Assembly (NCBI GenBank): GCA_016187515.1 | Contig: JACPJN010000006.1 | Coordinates: 856-64,855, forward strand | DNA: 64,000 nucleotides | Origin: Candidatus Uhrbacteria bacterium | GTDB lineage: Bacteria; Patescibacteriota; Patescibacteriia; GWA2-47-26 | Reading direction: 5' to 3' | Shown here: piece after piece, positions 45,354 through 54,543 of the stretch | How the letters are laid out: each line of letters starts with the position of its first letter | How positions within the stretch are numbered: position 1 is the first letter of the stretch | Translations under genes and position numbers: made by a program | The notes under the pieces: generated by a model | Told to the model about the DNA's origin: nothing | Seen by the model: the letters and a program-made list of their open reading frames with translations, nothing else | Databases searched by the model: none

Positions 45354-46372
45354 TATTTTACTCCCAATAGATGCTTGGTGGCGCGAGTATATTCAATCAT
45401 CCGACTTAATCCTTCTTCCAGGCGCACCACCGGAAACCAACCCAGCGCGTCTTTGGCCTGCCGAATATCCGGCAAGGGCTGCGGACGCATAAATAAAAGC
45501 GGCGGCTTAAACACTATCTTGGAGGTGGATTTGGTCAGCTCGATAATCTTGCCGGCCACCTGCGCGAGATTCTGTTCTTCATCACTGCCCAGATTTACCG
45601 GGCCGAAATTTTGCTCGGCGTCCATGAGCTTGAGAATCCCATCCACCATATCAGTGATATAACAAAGCGAAGTAGTAAAATTTTTGTCGCCATAGATGAT
45701 CAGGGGTTTCCCCTCGAGCGCGTTCAAAATTAAATCCGGAATCATCTCGCCAGCCGCGATCTGGAGGCGCGGGCCATAGGTCCGAAACACTCGGGCAATC
45801 CGGGCATCCAATCCATATACTTGCGAAAAAGTATGATAGGCCGTCTCGGCAAAACGCTTGCCTTCGTCGTAGCAGGCGTGCGGTGAAAGCTGGTCGGCAA
45901 TCCCCAGCTCTTCCTCCGCAATGTAGCGATTGCCGCCGGCTTGCTTTCCGTACACCACCGAAGAGGAAGAAAAGAATACTTTGGACTTCCAGAGCACGGC
46001 GAGGTCGAGTACGTTGAGCGTCGCTTGGGCGTTCGCTTTGAGAATCTTAATTTTATTTTGTTCAAACGTAAGCGGCGCGGTCGGACACGCCAGATGATAA
46101 ATTTCCTGCACTCCTTGAAATTGCGTCTTGAATTTTTTAAGTTCCGGCCAGCTATTGAGATCAAAGGGTACGGCCACGTCATGCTTGATAAACTCAAAAT
46201 CCGGGTATTTTAAAAGATGTTCGATATTGCTCAACTGCCCGCCGCTTAGCAAATCGTCAATGCAAATCACTTTGGCGACCTTGAGCAGATTCTCGCACAG
46301 ATGCGACCCGATAAACCCCGCTCCGCCGGTAACCAGCACATTCTTTTTTTCGAAAATTGGAATCTTGGCCAT
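45353..46372 (-). CDS. NAD-dependent epimerase/dehydratase, UDP-glucuronate decarboxylase-like
   Basis: VTGGAGFIGSHL, IYHLACP, CYDEGKRFAET, RVFRTYGPR. Confidence 0.88.
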   Translation of the reverse strand: MAKIPIFEKKNVLVTGGAGFIGSHLCENLLKVAKVICIDDLLSGGQLSNIEHLLKYPDFEFIKHDVAVPFDLNSWPELKKFKTQFQGVQEIYHLACPTAPLTFEQNKIKILKANAQATLNVLDLAVLWKSKVFFSSSSVVYGKQAGGNRYIAEEELGIADQLSPHACYDEGKRFAETAYHTFSQVYGLDARIARVFRTYGPRLQIAAGEMIPDLILNALEGKPLIIYGDKNFTTSLCYITDMVDGILKLMDAEQNFGPVNLGSDEEQNLAQVAGKIIELTKSTSKIVFKPPLLFMRPQPLPDIRQAKDALGWFPVVRLEEGLSRMIEYTRATKHLLGVK

Positions 46373-46380
46373 AATTGTTG

Positions 46381-46452
46381 AGGTAAATCAAGTGAATCAA
46401 GTAAATCAAGTGCTGGATTTACTTGCCTCGCCTGATTTACCTGATTTACTCT
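46381..46452. repeat. Inverted 9-bp tandem array
   Basis: AGGTAAATC AAGTGAATC AAGTAAATC AAG ... CTGGATTTA CTTGCCTCG CCTGATTTA CCTGATTTA. Confidence 0.8.
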
Positions 46453-46455
46453 CAA

Positions 46456-48501
46456 TTACAACTTTATTATCCCCACGCTCACTCCCCCCCTAAAGCCATC
46501 CTCGTAGGGGAAGAACTGCTGTTTTACCCGTCCAAATCCGTCAAAAACCACCACATGCGCTCCCCCGCCTTGGCCCGGCCCGGTAATTATATCATCAATT
46601 CCGTCCCGATCAAAATCCTCCGCGGCCAGATTAACCCCGCCTAAGAAGGCCTCATTATACGCCAGAAACGCCCTTTGCCACTGTCCCGCGCTATTATATA
46701 CGCGAACTTCCGGCAAGACCCCCCCGAAGGGAGCCGTGATAATTTCGGCTTTCCCATCGCCATCAAGATCACCCGCGGCGACATTGACGCCGCCTTCAAA
46801 AGCGCGCGGGTAAGCGGAAAACCGCGCCTTCACGCGGCCCCGCGCGTCAAAGATCCGCACTTCTCCCTCATAGCCCTGACCTTTTCCGGGCGTAGTAATG
46901 ATTTCCTCTAAACCATCGCCATCAATATCTCTAACCGCCAGATTCACTCCGCCGCGCAGCCGTGAATTGTAGGCAAAAAATCCGCCGACGGCCGCGCCGT
47001 TTTCGTTAAAAATCCGGATATGCGGGCCGCCGCCCGGCCCCGGAGCAGTAACAATTTCTTCCTTGCCGTCGCCGTTCAAATCGCCCACCCCCACGTTCAC
47101 GCCGCCGCGAAACTTCGGATGATAGGCAAACCAACTTCTTACCACGCTGCCGTCCGGACGAAAAACCCGCACGTGCGGGCCGCCGCCCACTCCGGCTCCG
47201 GTAATAATCTCGGCGGTCCGATCGCCGTCAATATCCCCGGAAACCAGGCGCACTCCTCCTTTAAAATTCAAGCCGTAAGCCGCAAAATCCCGCAGGGGGC
47301 TGCCGGAGGGAAGCAGCATCTGGACTTTAGGCAACCCGCCTGAAAATGGAGCCGTCAGCAGGTAAGGAATTCCCCGCGAAGGCCCAAACACGGCGGAGCC
47401 GCCGGAAGCCGCCAGCTCCAGGGCGCGGCGGACATTCAACCGCCCTTTGCCCAGTTTTCCGTTAAAAGCGGGGTTGGCCGCCTCGATCGAATCCGTGGTT
47501 TGCACTAGGATATTGCGAAGCTCTTGCGCGGCATAGGACGGATTAAGCGCCTTGATTAGCGCGGCCGTGCCGGAAACCAGCGGCGCGGCCATGGAGGAGC
47601 CGGCAAATCCTCCGCCAAACCGCTCTGGATAACCATGCTCGAGATCATGAAATTGCGGACCGTAGATATTCACCCCGGGCGCGGAAAGATCCACGCAATT
47701 TACTCCGTAGTTGGAAAAGGTTGACTTTTGATCTTGCTCATCAACCGCCGCGACGCCCACCACCACGTCTTCTCCTTCCAACCCCGAGTAACACACCGGA
47801 TAGAGCGGCGAGGCGTCCAAATCCAAACCGGTCCCGGTTTCCGTATTGCCCACGGCCCCGACGGTTAAGACCCCGCGCCGCGAGGCATCTTGAAGCGCCA
47901 CAAATAAATCACGGTCAAAACCGGGCCCGACAAACGAAAGGTTGATAATATCCGCGCCATTTTTCACGGCATACTCAATGGCGGAAATCACGGTCCCGAC
48001 ATTTCCTCGGCCGCGGCTGTCAAGCGCGCGCAGCGCCATCACTTTGACTTGCCAATTCAACCCAACTCCGCCAATGCCGTTATTGCCAACGGCGCCAATA
48101 ATTCCGGCGATCATGGTGCCATGATGCACGGCTTGGGCCCGCACTCCGGATCCGTTTAGATTGGGCGAGGGGTCGTTATCGCCATCCATAAAATCCCACC
48201 CGTACACGTCATCCACATAACCATTGCCATCATTGTCCACGCCGTCCAAAACTTCGCCGCGGTTTTTCCAAAGATTGGGCGCCAGGTCCAAATGATCTAA
48301 ATCCACGCCGGTATCAATCACCGCCACCACCACCTCGCGCGAACCAGTCGTTTTTCCCCAGGCCTCATACGCCTCCACTTTTTGCAAGTACCACTGCCTG
48401 GAAGCGGCATCCGGATCAGCCGGATAAACCGGCGATGCAAAAACCGGCTGGCTGATAAGTCCAATGAGTCCAATGAGTCCAATGAGTCCGATCTTGCGCA
48501 T
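46456..48501 (-). CDS. Secreted S8 subtilase with C-terminal FG-GAP-like repeats
   Basis: Triad VIDTG, HGTMIAG, GSSMAAP; five D(I/L/F)xxDGxxEIIT..G.GGGPHVR-type repeats. Confidence 0.92.
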   Translation of the reverse strand: MRKIGLIGLIGLIGLISQPVFASPVYPADPDAASRQWYLQKVEAYEAWGKTTGSREVVVAVIDTGVDLDHLDLAPNLWKNRGEVLDGVDNDGNGYVDDVYGWDFMDGDNDPSPNLNGSGVRAQAVHHGTMIAGIIGAVGNNGIGGVGLNWQVKVMALRALDSRGRGNVGTVISAIEYAVKNGADIINLSFVGPGFDRDLFVALQDASRRGVLTVGAVGNTETGTGLDLDASPLYPVCYSGLEGEDVVVGVAAVDEQDQKSTFSNYGVNCVDLSAPGVNIYGPQFHDLEHGYPERFGGGFAGSSMAAPLVSGTAALIKALNPSYAAQELRNILVQTTDSIEAANPAFNGKLGKGRLNVRRALELAASGGSAVFGPSRGIPYLLTAPFSGGLPKVQMLLPSGSPLRDFAAYGLNFKGGVRLVSGDIDGDRTAEIITGAGVGGGPHVRVFRPDGSVVRSWFAYHPKFRGGVNVGVGDLNGDGKEEIVTAPGPGGGPHIRIFNENGAAVGGFFAYNSRLRGGVNLAVRDIDGDGLEEIITTPGKGQGYEGEVRIFDARGRVKARFSAYPRAFEGGVNVAAGDLDGDGKAEIITAPFGGVLPEVRVYNSAGQWQRAFLAYNEAFLGGVNLAAEDFDRDGIDDIITGPGQGGGAHVVVFDGFGRVKQQFFPYEDGFRGGVSVGIIKL

Positions 48502-48530
48502 ATTTTTCTAGTATACCCTATCATTTACCC

Positions 48531-48560
48531 AAAAACAAGAACCCCGCGGCCGCGGGGTTC
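48531..48560 (-). terminator. Intrinsic terminator of S-layer-like gene
   Basis: GAACCCCGCGGCCGCGGGGTTC followed by TTGTTTTT on the minus strand. Confidence 0.75.
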
Positions 48561-48600
48561 GTTGTGTTCGATTTTTGCGAATCGAGAACGTGAGTTGCCG

Positions 48601-51600
48601 CTAGTACACCATGGTTCCTCCAATGACGGGCAGGTTTTTGACGAGCGTGCCGGCAATGTTGGTCGCCGCGCCAGAACCAACTTCATCCCACTGGAGTTCA
48701 TTAAGAGCAGCCAAGGTCGTGTTGGTGGACCCGGCTTCCTCAAGAACGTCGAAACGCACAGTATCGTCACTGGCGGAGGAGGCGCCGGTCGTGTCTACTT
48801 TCAAGACATAGGTCTTGGAAGTGCCGGCGGCAATGGTTCGCGAGGTCGTAAAGACCAGACGAGCATAGCCAACTTCCTCGGTTCCAGAGAGTGTACCATC
48901 AGTGGCGGCTGAACCGTAGAGCGTCCAGTCCGCATCCACATCCAACTGGGTAGTCAGGTCGCTGGAATCATACAATGACCAGGAAGTAACCGTATCAATG
49001 GGGCCGGTGGCATCACCATTGACATTCCAGTCCGAATTACCGTTGTCGGTAAGCGTGGCTTTGAAGGTAATCGCCTCAAGCACCACATCGCCGGAAGCAT
49101 CTGCCGCGACTGTGAAGCGCAACGCTTCATTCAATCCGGGCACGGAAGCGCCGGAGGGTGAGGCCGCGTGCAAGGTGATGACTGGCTTGGTCTTGCGGAC
49201 CGTCATGGCATTGCCGGTAATGGTGGAGGTATCCGTGTAACAAGTGGAGAGTCCACCGCCATCGGAACAAGCCGTGGTCTGGCCAGCGCCGTGGACATCG
49301 CTGCCTTCATCCAAAGATGATCCGGAGGCAGCGCCAACGGCTTCAAACGTGCCGGCAAAGTCCAGACGGAAAGTCGGGGTGTCGCCGGATACGCCCGATT
49401 CGGAAATCGTGGCGAAATCCGCGGCCACCGTCATCACCGTGGTCTTGTCGCGCGGCACATAGAAGTTCAGGTCGCTAAAGTCCGCGTTGGCGGAAGCCAG
49501 GACGCCGGTCTTGGTCTCCGTCGTGCCATCCTGTTTTGGATAGGTCAGCTTGATCTGGACTACGCCAGTGTCATCCGCGGTCGCGTCATTGGAGATGCGC
49601 AGCCGCTTGACCCGGAAGTCCTCGTTGGCCGCCAAGAATTTAATCTTGGTCATGTTCACGCCGGAGGCGCCGCCCAAGATGATGGCGGAAAGCGGGGTAT
49701 CGCCGTCCGGATCAACCGTGAGCGTGCCGGAAGTGGCGGAAGTCAGGACCACGGTTGGCGTGTTGTTCCTCGGATTTGACCAAGTCGCGTCGCCGTCAGT
49801 CGGGGTTACGGAATTGCTGTCTTTGTCTTGCGCGGTAATACCGGCAGCAGTGTCAATACCGAGCCAAGCCGTATCCGCGGCGGAAGACATCTGGGTGGTG
49901 GCCAAGCTAACTCGCGCCGTGAGTTTCTTGGTTGCGCCAGCCGGAATTGTCCAGTTCATGTTATCGAAGGTCAGTACTCCGGCCGTAGTTGGAGATTTTG
50001 CTTCAGACACGGCGGTATCGCCATCATATAGTCGGGCCGTCAGCACCACATCGTCAAACTCTGCCGCAGTGTAGGTGCCGCCGGTGTCATCGCCTTGTCC
50101 GGTCATCACAATCTGGGTTACTTTGATGTCCGATTGCGCGCCGGCCGCGAAAGACAGACCAACCATTTGTACGCCGGTTGCGCCCTTAACGGAAGTTCCA
50201 GAGACCGGCGTAGAAGCCAATTGCACGGTAAGCGAGCTCGAACGAATCGTCATGGTATTGCCGGTTACATCGGATTGACCGCCGATAATGTCAGTAACCG
50301 CCACGTTCTGCGCAGTGGACACCTCGCGGATCGATCCGGCTTCAAAGTCATTCAAGGCGAAGGTGAATCCACGAGTCGTAACATCGTTGGCCGTTACTTC
50401 ACTGGCGGCAATGTCCGCGGTGACGACCAGTTTGCGGGTCTGACCAGCCGCGAGCGTCCAGGACTGGGTCAGGTCGTTATTCCAGACCGCGCTGGAGGCC
50501 GCGGTAGTGGAAGTACCGGCGGTAACCGTGGCGCCCGAAAGCTCCACCGGTCCCATCAGCACGGCTCCGGTATCCGCGTCTTTGATCTTGATATCAGTGA
50601 AGTAGTTGGTCGTGCCGTTGGAAAGCACGCCCAAAACTTGCGCGCCGGCTTCCGCCAGGGTCAGTTCTATCTCGCGGATTTCCAGCGCTTGATCGCCAGC
50701 CGAGAGCGAGAACTTGTAGAACTGAACATCTTGGCTGCCCAGCGCGATATCCGAGGCGGACGGACCATTAAAGGCCACAGTTACGCGGCCGCCCTGGGTG
50801 GTGACGAATGAACCGCCAGTCGCGGGAGTTGACGCGGCCGTTGCGGCTGCGGCAAAACTCGTGAAGGTGGTGGTAGAGCCATAGCCATACACTTTGTCAA
50901 CCACCAAAAGATCCGACGGGTAAGTTGAATCAATGTAAGTGGTTACCGTGCGGCCTCCGCGGCCGCCTACGTTGGCTTTTACCGTAAACAACCGATTGGA
51001 ACCCTGACCCAAAGCAAACGGAGCGCTGGCCAGGTCAAAGGTTACGCGATCGGATGATACAGTGCCGTCGGCCAGTTTGGTAGAACCCTGATACAGAGCA
51101 AAAGCGCTCAAATCAGACACGGTTACCGTACCGCCGACAGTTACCACGGCGCGGCGAACTTCAACATCATTTACGCCGGCGGTAATGCGGAACTCACCAA
51201 TCGCGACGTTCGTTTGTCCAATCGTGGGGTTAGCCGGATCAGAACCGCGAGTCAAGGTTACGGTGGAGACGCCTTGTGATCCGATGGAATTGGTCGCGCC
51301 AGTCAAAGGCAAGCCCGACACTGATGCGCTCGTACCAATCGCAATCAACTGGAAAGCATGGGTGTCTCCGGCCGTAGCAACTGTACCGGCGGTTAAGGAG
51401 TTTACATCCACCACTACGGAAAGCGTCTTTGAGCCATTGGCCGGTACCGCGATCGAAAGCGCGGCAAACTCGGTCTGCCGGGTCTGGGAAGTAAGCGTGC
51501 GTCCGGAAGTCAAACGCAGCGCGCCATCATACAGATAAACCGCGCTAATGTCGTTGGAAGAACCGACGCCCACGCTTTTAACCGTTGCTCCGGTAACCGT

Positions 51601-52302
51601 TTGCGCGGCTGCTCCGGCGGTGAGTGTAAACTTCAGGACTACTACCGAAGAAGCTCCTCCCGGAATTACTCCGGCAGCCGGATTATCCGAAGCCAGGGCC
51701 GCGGAAAGCGGACCGGTGGCGACTGCCGCCGCTGGAGTGGACTGTAAGCCCTTGTCTGCGCCAATGTCCGCGGCCAGTGCGGCTGCTACCGGCGCGACAG
51801 TGGCTTCTGCTCCGGCGCTGTAATTAGCTTGGAAGGCCTCGGGAATGCTGTAGGTGGCGGCGGTGGCTCCGCAGACCGCGGCCTTGTTGGCCGCTGAAAC
51901 CATGCGGCGTACTCCGCCTTTTTCCACCACATAGGTATTGGTATCCGGTCCCGCGAACATTACGCAGGATCCGGGCTTGGCAGTAACGTTACCGCCAAAG
52001 GCAATGGCCTGGAGTTCTGCTTCAGTTACATCTTTAACCGCGGCAAAACTCGTGCCATTCCAGGTCTCGTAGGTCTTTGAACTGGAGAAAAGATAGCGTT
52101 TCGCGTCCGAACCATAGTAATACACCGGACGTCCTGGACCAGAAGTTGACTTGGCAGTGCCCACAATAAGGTCACCGGCAGTCAAAGTTGCCGCGCTAGC
52201 CAAAGGAATGGCAATGAACGCCGCAGACATGGCCCAGGCGATCGTCGCGACCACTACTGCCCAGGTAAACGCTTTCTTTCCAAATACTAAAGTGTTACTC
52301 AT
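48601..52302 (-). CDS. Large secreted Ala/Thr/Ser-rich S-layer-like protein
   Basis: 1233 aa, signal peptide, VYYYGSDAKRYLF motif, repeated beta-sandwich units (xxFxxxA...xIxAGxxKxLxV). Confidence 0.8.
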   Translation of the reverse strand: MSNTLVFGKKAFTWAVVVATIAWAMSAAFIAIPLASAATLTAGDLIVGTAKSTSGPGRPVYYYGSDAKRYLFSSSKTYETWNGTSFAAVKDVTEAELQAIAFGGNVTAKPGSCVMFAGPDTNTYVVEKGGVRRMVSAANKAAVCGATAATYSIPEAFQANYSAGAEATVAPVAAALAADIGADKGLQSTPAAAVATGPLSAALASDNPAAGVIPGGASSVVVLKFTLTAGAAAQTVTGATVKSVGVGSSNDISAVYLYDGALRLTSGRTLTSQTRQTEFAALSIAVPANGSKTLSVVVDVNSLTAGTVATAGDTHAFQLIAIGTSASVSGLPLTGATNSIGSQGVSTVTLTRGSDPANPTIGQTNVAIGEFRITAGVNDVEVRRAVVTVGGTVTVSDLSAFALYQGSTKLADGTVSSDRVTFDLASAPFALGQGSNRLFTVKANVGGRGGRTVTTYIDSTYPSDLLVVDKVYGYGSTTTFTSFAAAATAASTPATGGSFVTTQGGRVTVAFNGPSASDIALGSQDVQFYKFSLSAGDQALEIREIELTLAEAGAQVLGVLSNGTTNYFTDIKIKDADTGAVLMGPVELSGATVTAGTSTTAASSAVWNNDLTQSWTLAAGQTRKLVVTADIAASEVTANDVTTRGFTFALNDFEAGSIREVSTAQNVAVTDIIGGQSDVTGNTMTIRSSSLTVQLASTPVSGTSVKGATGVQMVGLSFAAGAQSDIKVTQIVMTGQGDDTGGTYTAAEFDDVVLTARLYDGDTAVSEAKSPTTAGVLTFDNMNWTIPAGATKKLTARVSLATTQMSSAADTAWLGIDTAAGITAQDKDSNSVTPTDGDATWSNPRNNTPTVVLTSATSGTLTVDPDGDTPLSAIILGGASGVNMTKIKFLAANEDFRVKRLRISNDATADDTGVVQIKLTYPKQDGTTETKTGVLASANADFSDLNFYVPRDKTTVMTVAADFATISESGVSGDTPTFRLDFAGTFEAVGAASGSSLDEGSDVHGAGQTTACSDGGGLSTCYTDTSTITGNAMTVRKTKPVITLHAASPSGASVPGLNEALRFTVAADASGDVVLEAITFKATLTDNGNSDWNVNGDATGPIDTVTSWSLYDSSDLTTQLDVDADWTLYGSAATDGTLSGTEEVGYARLVFTTSRTIAAGTSKTYVLKVDTTGASSASDDTVRFDVLEEAGSTNTTLAALNELQWDEVGSGAATNIAGTLVKNLPVIGGTMVY

Positions 52303-52561
52303 ATTTTGATTTGGAGAAGATTGTATATTTCTCTTAATACTTACTTGATTTTACTGACCAAGAATCCTGTCCGACGGTTGTCGGGCTCGACCTTTAGAAC
52401 TCTTAAATAATTTGCCCACAAAGGGGTGCGACAATAACAGTCAGGGTAACTGACTTTTGCTGTGGTACCCATTCGTGTGGCTCATTTCCCGCATGGAATT
52501 TGAACCAGTATACACTATCTCTATATCAATGAACAATTAGGTGTGGATAACTGACGCATTT

Positions 52562-52615
52562 CCCTCACCCTCCCCTCTCCCTTAGGGAGAGGGTGGCCGC
52601 AGGCCGGGTGAGGGG
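52562..52615. repeat. CCCTCACC/CCCTCTCCC-N-GGGAGAGGG palindrome
   Basis: CCCTCACCCTCCCCTCTCCC-TTA-GGGAGAGGG-TGGCCGCAGGCCGGGTGAGGGG. Confidence 0.8.
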
Positions 52616-52654
52616 CACACCAAGCGTTTGTGGCCTAGCCACATAATGCTTACT

Positions 52655-53434
52655 CTAAATCCCCACCTCCCCGTTTTCTAATTCACCAGCCGAATCAGAG
52701 TCCTGTTGCACTCCCTTTAATGCCTCTTCCGCCTCGGCCAAAACCGCGATTCCCACTTCACGGCCGGGTTTCACCTTTACATCAATGAGCTTTTTCTCAT
52801 ATTCACGGGCTTTTTTAGCCAACTCCGCTTTGGCTTGTTTAACCTGCAGCGGATCTCCGGCCTGTTTTAAGCTTTCCTGGGCCCGTTTGATATCCTTGGA
52901 AAAATGCCTTAAAACCTCTTCGGTGCGCTGTGATTCCTGGTTTCCGGTAATATCTCCGGCGATCGGCAAGACCTTTTCCAGCTCGCGCAAGCGATTACCG
53001 GCAATCTCCATTTGCACCCGCGCGCGACTGGCCGGATTAGAGGTAAAACGGACTTTTGCTTCATCAACGGCCAATTTTGTCCCATACAAGGTCTCGCCGG
53101 GAAGGGCATTGCGGGATCCTACCGCGGCAGAGGCAACCCCGACAAACAGCGCGAAAATCCCCGCCGCGTAGACGAAACGGGCGGAAAACAAGTACTGGGC
53201 CATTCTCAATATCGCAAAAAATCCTAAGTAATACACCGGACGCGGGAACGCGCCGCCCTGAACCCCAACATACTCCATAACCCGCTTTTTCATTCTTTCT
53301 GACGTATCAAAATCAGGCCACCCCGCTTCCGGGATATTTTTCAGCGCTTTAAGCGCTTTTATGATGGCTTTTTCTTCTTTGTGGGTCATACTCAACCAGC
53401 TTTTTTGCGGCTTATTTTTGCGGCCTAGGCGCAT
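52655..53434 (-). CDS. Putative anti-sigma factor (single TM + helical domain)
   Basis: Directly downstream of the ECF sigma; ALPGETLYGTKL..E, RLREL; start uncertain (ATG 53389 possible). Confidence 0.7.
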   Translation of the reverse strand: MRLGRKNKPQKSWLSMTHKEEKAIIKALKALKNIPEAGWPDFDTSERMKKRVMEYVGVQGGAFPRPVYYLGFFAILRMAQYLFSARFVYAAGIFALFVGVASAAVGSRNALPGETLYGTKLAVDEAKVRFTSNPASRARVQMEIAGNRLRELEKVLPIAGDITGNQESQRTEEVLRHFSKDIKRAQESLKQAGDPLQVKQAKAELAKKAREYEKKLIDVKVKPGREVGIAVLAEAEEALKGVQQDSDSAGELENGEVGI

Positions 53435-53999
53435 GATCAGCCAACATCGCAGATCTTAGGGCATTCAATCCTCGGTGGATCAGTACACGCACATTACCTG
53501 AAGTTTTACCAATAATTTCAGCGATTTCCTCCATGGTGGCTTCTTCCAAGTAGCGGAGCATTATTGCCTCCCGGTACTCATCTTTAATATCTTTGAGATA
53601 TTTACTTAAGTACGCGCGATCTTCCGCGTATAGAAACTGATTTAATAGCGCTGCGGATCGCGGATCTTCAATTGTTAATTCCTCCTCGACGGTTTCCAAG
53701 TCCACCTTTTGCGGGGATCTTCCCTGTCGGCGATAAAAATCTATTACTAAATTGCGGCTAAGCTGATAAATAAACGCTCGGAAATTTTGCACTCGTTTGG
53801 CGTTTTCATCAGTCAAGTATTCCCAGGCCTTTAAAAATACCTGCGCAGCCAAATCTTCGGCTTCATCTTGACTTGAAACTTTAAAGTACACAAACTGATA
53901 AATTTTCTGCCGGTATGAATTGTAGAGCGTTTCAAAGGCCCGATGGTCTTTTCCCTCGGAAACCCTGAAAACCAGCAGTTTTTCGCGGAGCTTTTGCAT
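53412..53999 (-). CDS. ECF sigma-70 factor
   Basis: AEDLAAQVFLKAW, RNLVIDFYR, EEIAEIIGKTSGNVRVLIHRG. Confidence 0.93.
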   Translation of the reverse strand: MQKLREKLLVFRVSEGKDHRAFETLYNSYRQKIYQFVYFKVSSQDEAEDLAAQVFLKAWEYLTDENAKRVQNFRAFIYQLSRNLVIDFYRRQGRSPQKVDLETVEEELTIEDPRSAALLNQFLYAEDRAYLSKYLKDIKDEYREAIMLRYLEEATMEEIAEIIGKTSGNVRVLIHRGLNALRSAMLADHAPRPQK

Positions 54000-54075
54000 G
54001 GTAGGAGACGCTTCATTATTGATAACGTTACAGGATTATAACCTATTTATCCACAGAAAAGCAAATAAATCGGGC

Positions 54076-54104
54076 TTGACACGAGTATTTGTCTACGCTA
54101 TAGT
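54076..54104 (+). promoter_or_regulatory. Sigma70 promoter of HTH gene
   Basis: TTGACA-17 nt-TATAGT. Confidence 0.7.
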
Positions 54105-54114
54105 GGACATTAAG

Positions 54115-54207
54115 CGAGTTATTGAGTTATTGAGTTATTGGTTATGAGTTATTATTTGTATTGATCTAACGTACTTAATAACCCAGTAACTAATAACCTA
54201 ATAACTA
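54115..54207. repeat. Inverted 8-bp tandem array (GAGTTATT / AATAAC(C/T))
   Basis: (GAGTTATT)x3 GGTTATGAGTTATT ... TAATAACC CAGTAAC TAATAACC TAATAAC; related one-armed array at ~1031-1062. Confidence 0.75.
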
Positions 54208-54214
54208 TCACTCT

Positions 54215-54484
54215 ATGATCCGTTTATCCGTTTCCGAAGCCGCTAAATTCTTCGGCCTGGAACAAAAAACCGTGCGCCGCGCCTTAAAGAGCGGCGAGTT
54301 GCGCTATGTGGTAGTTCGCGGCCGCTATCGCATCGCTTTTGAGAGCTTACTGGAATGGTCGCAAAAGCGCCCCCAAGTGCGCAATAAGTTATCCACACAA
54401 GGAGTAGGCCAATTTGTTGGCCAATGGAAAATCCGGAATAAATTATACAGCCCCAACCCAGAAAAGCTTTCTACCAAAGAGTAA
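54215..54484 (+). CDS. Excisionase-like helix-turn-helix protein
   Basis: LSVSEAAKFFGL..KTVRRALKSGEL....RGRYRI....L.EW. Confidence 0.8.
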   Translation: MIRLSVSEAAKFFGLEQKTVRRALKSGELRYVVVRGRYRIAFESLLEWSQKRPQVRNKLSTQGVGQFVGQWKIRNKLYSPNPEKLSTKE

Positions 54485-54543
54485 CCAAACTCCTTTACCC
54501 CGCTAAGCAGGGCCTAACCCGGCCATGCTGGACAAAGCCGATA

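Noticed and set aside
54215..54484. Prophage or ICE marked by an excisionase-like gene
   Set aside because: No integrase, phage structural or conjugation genes nearby
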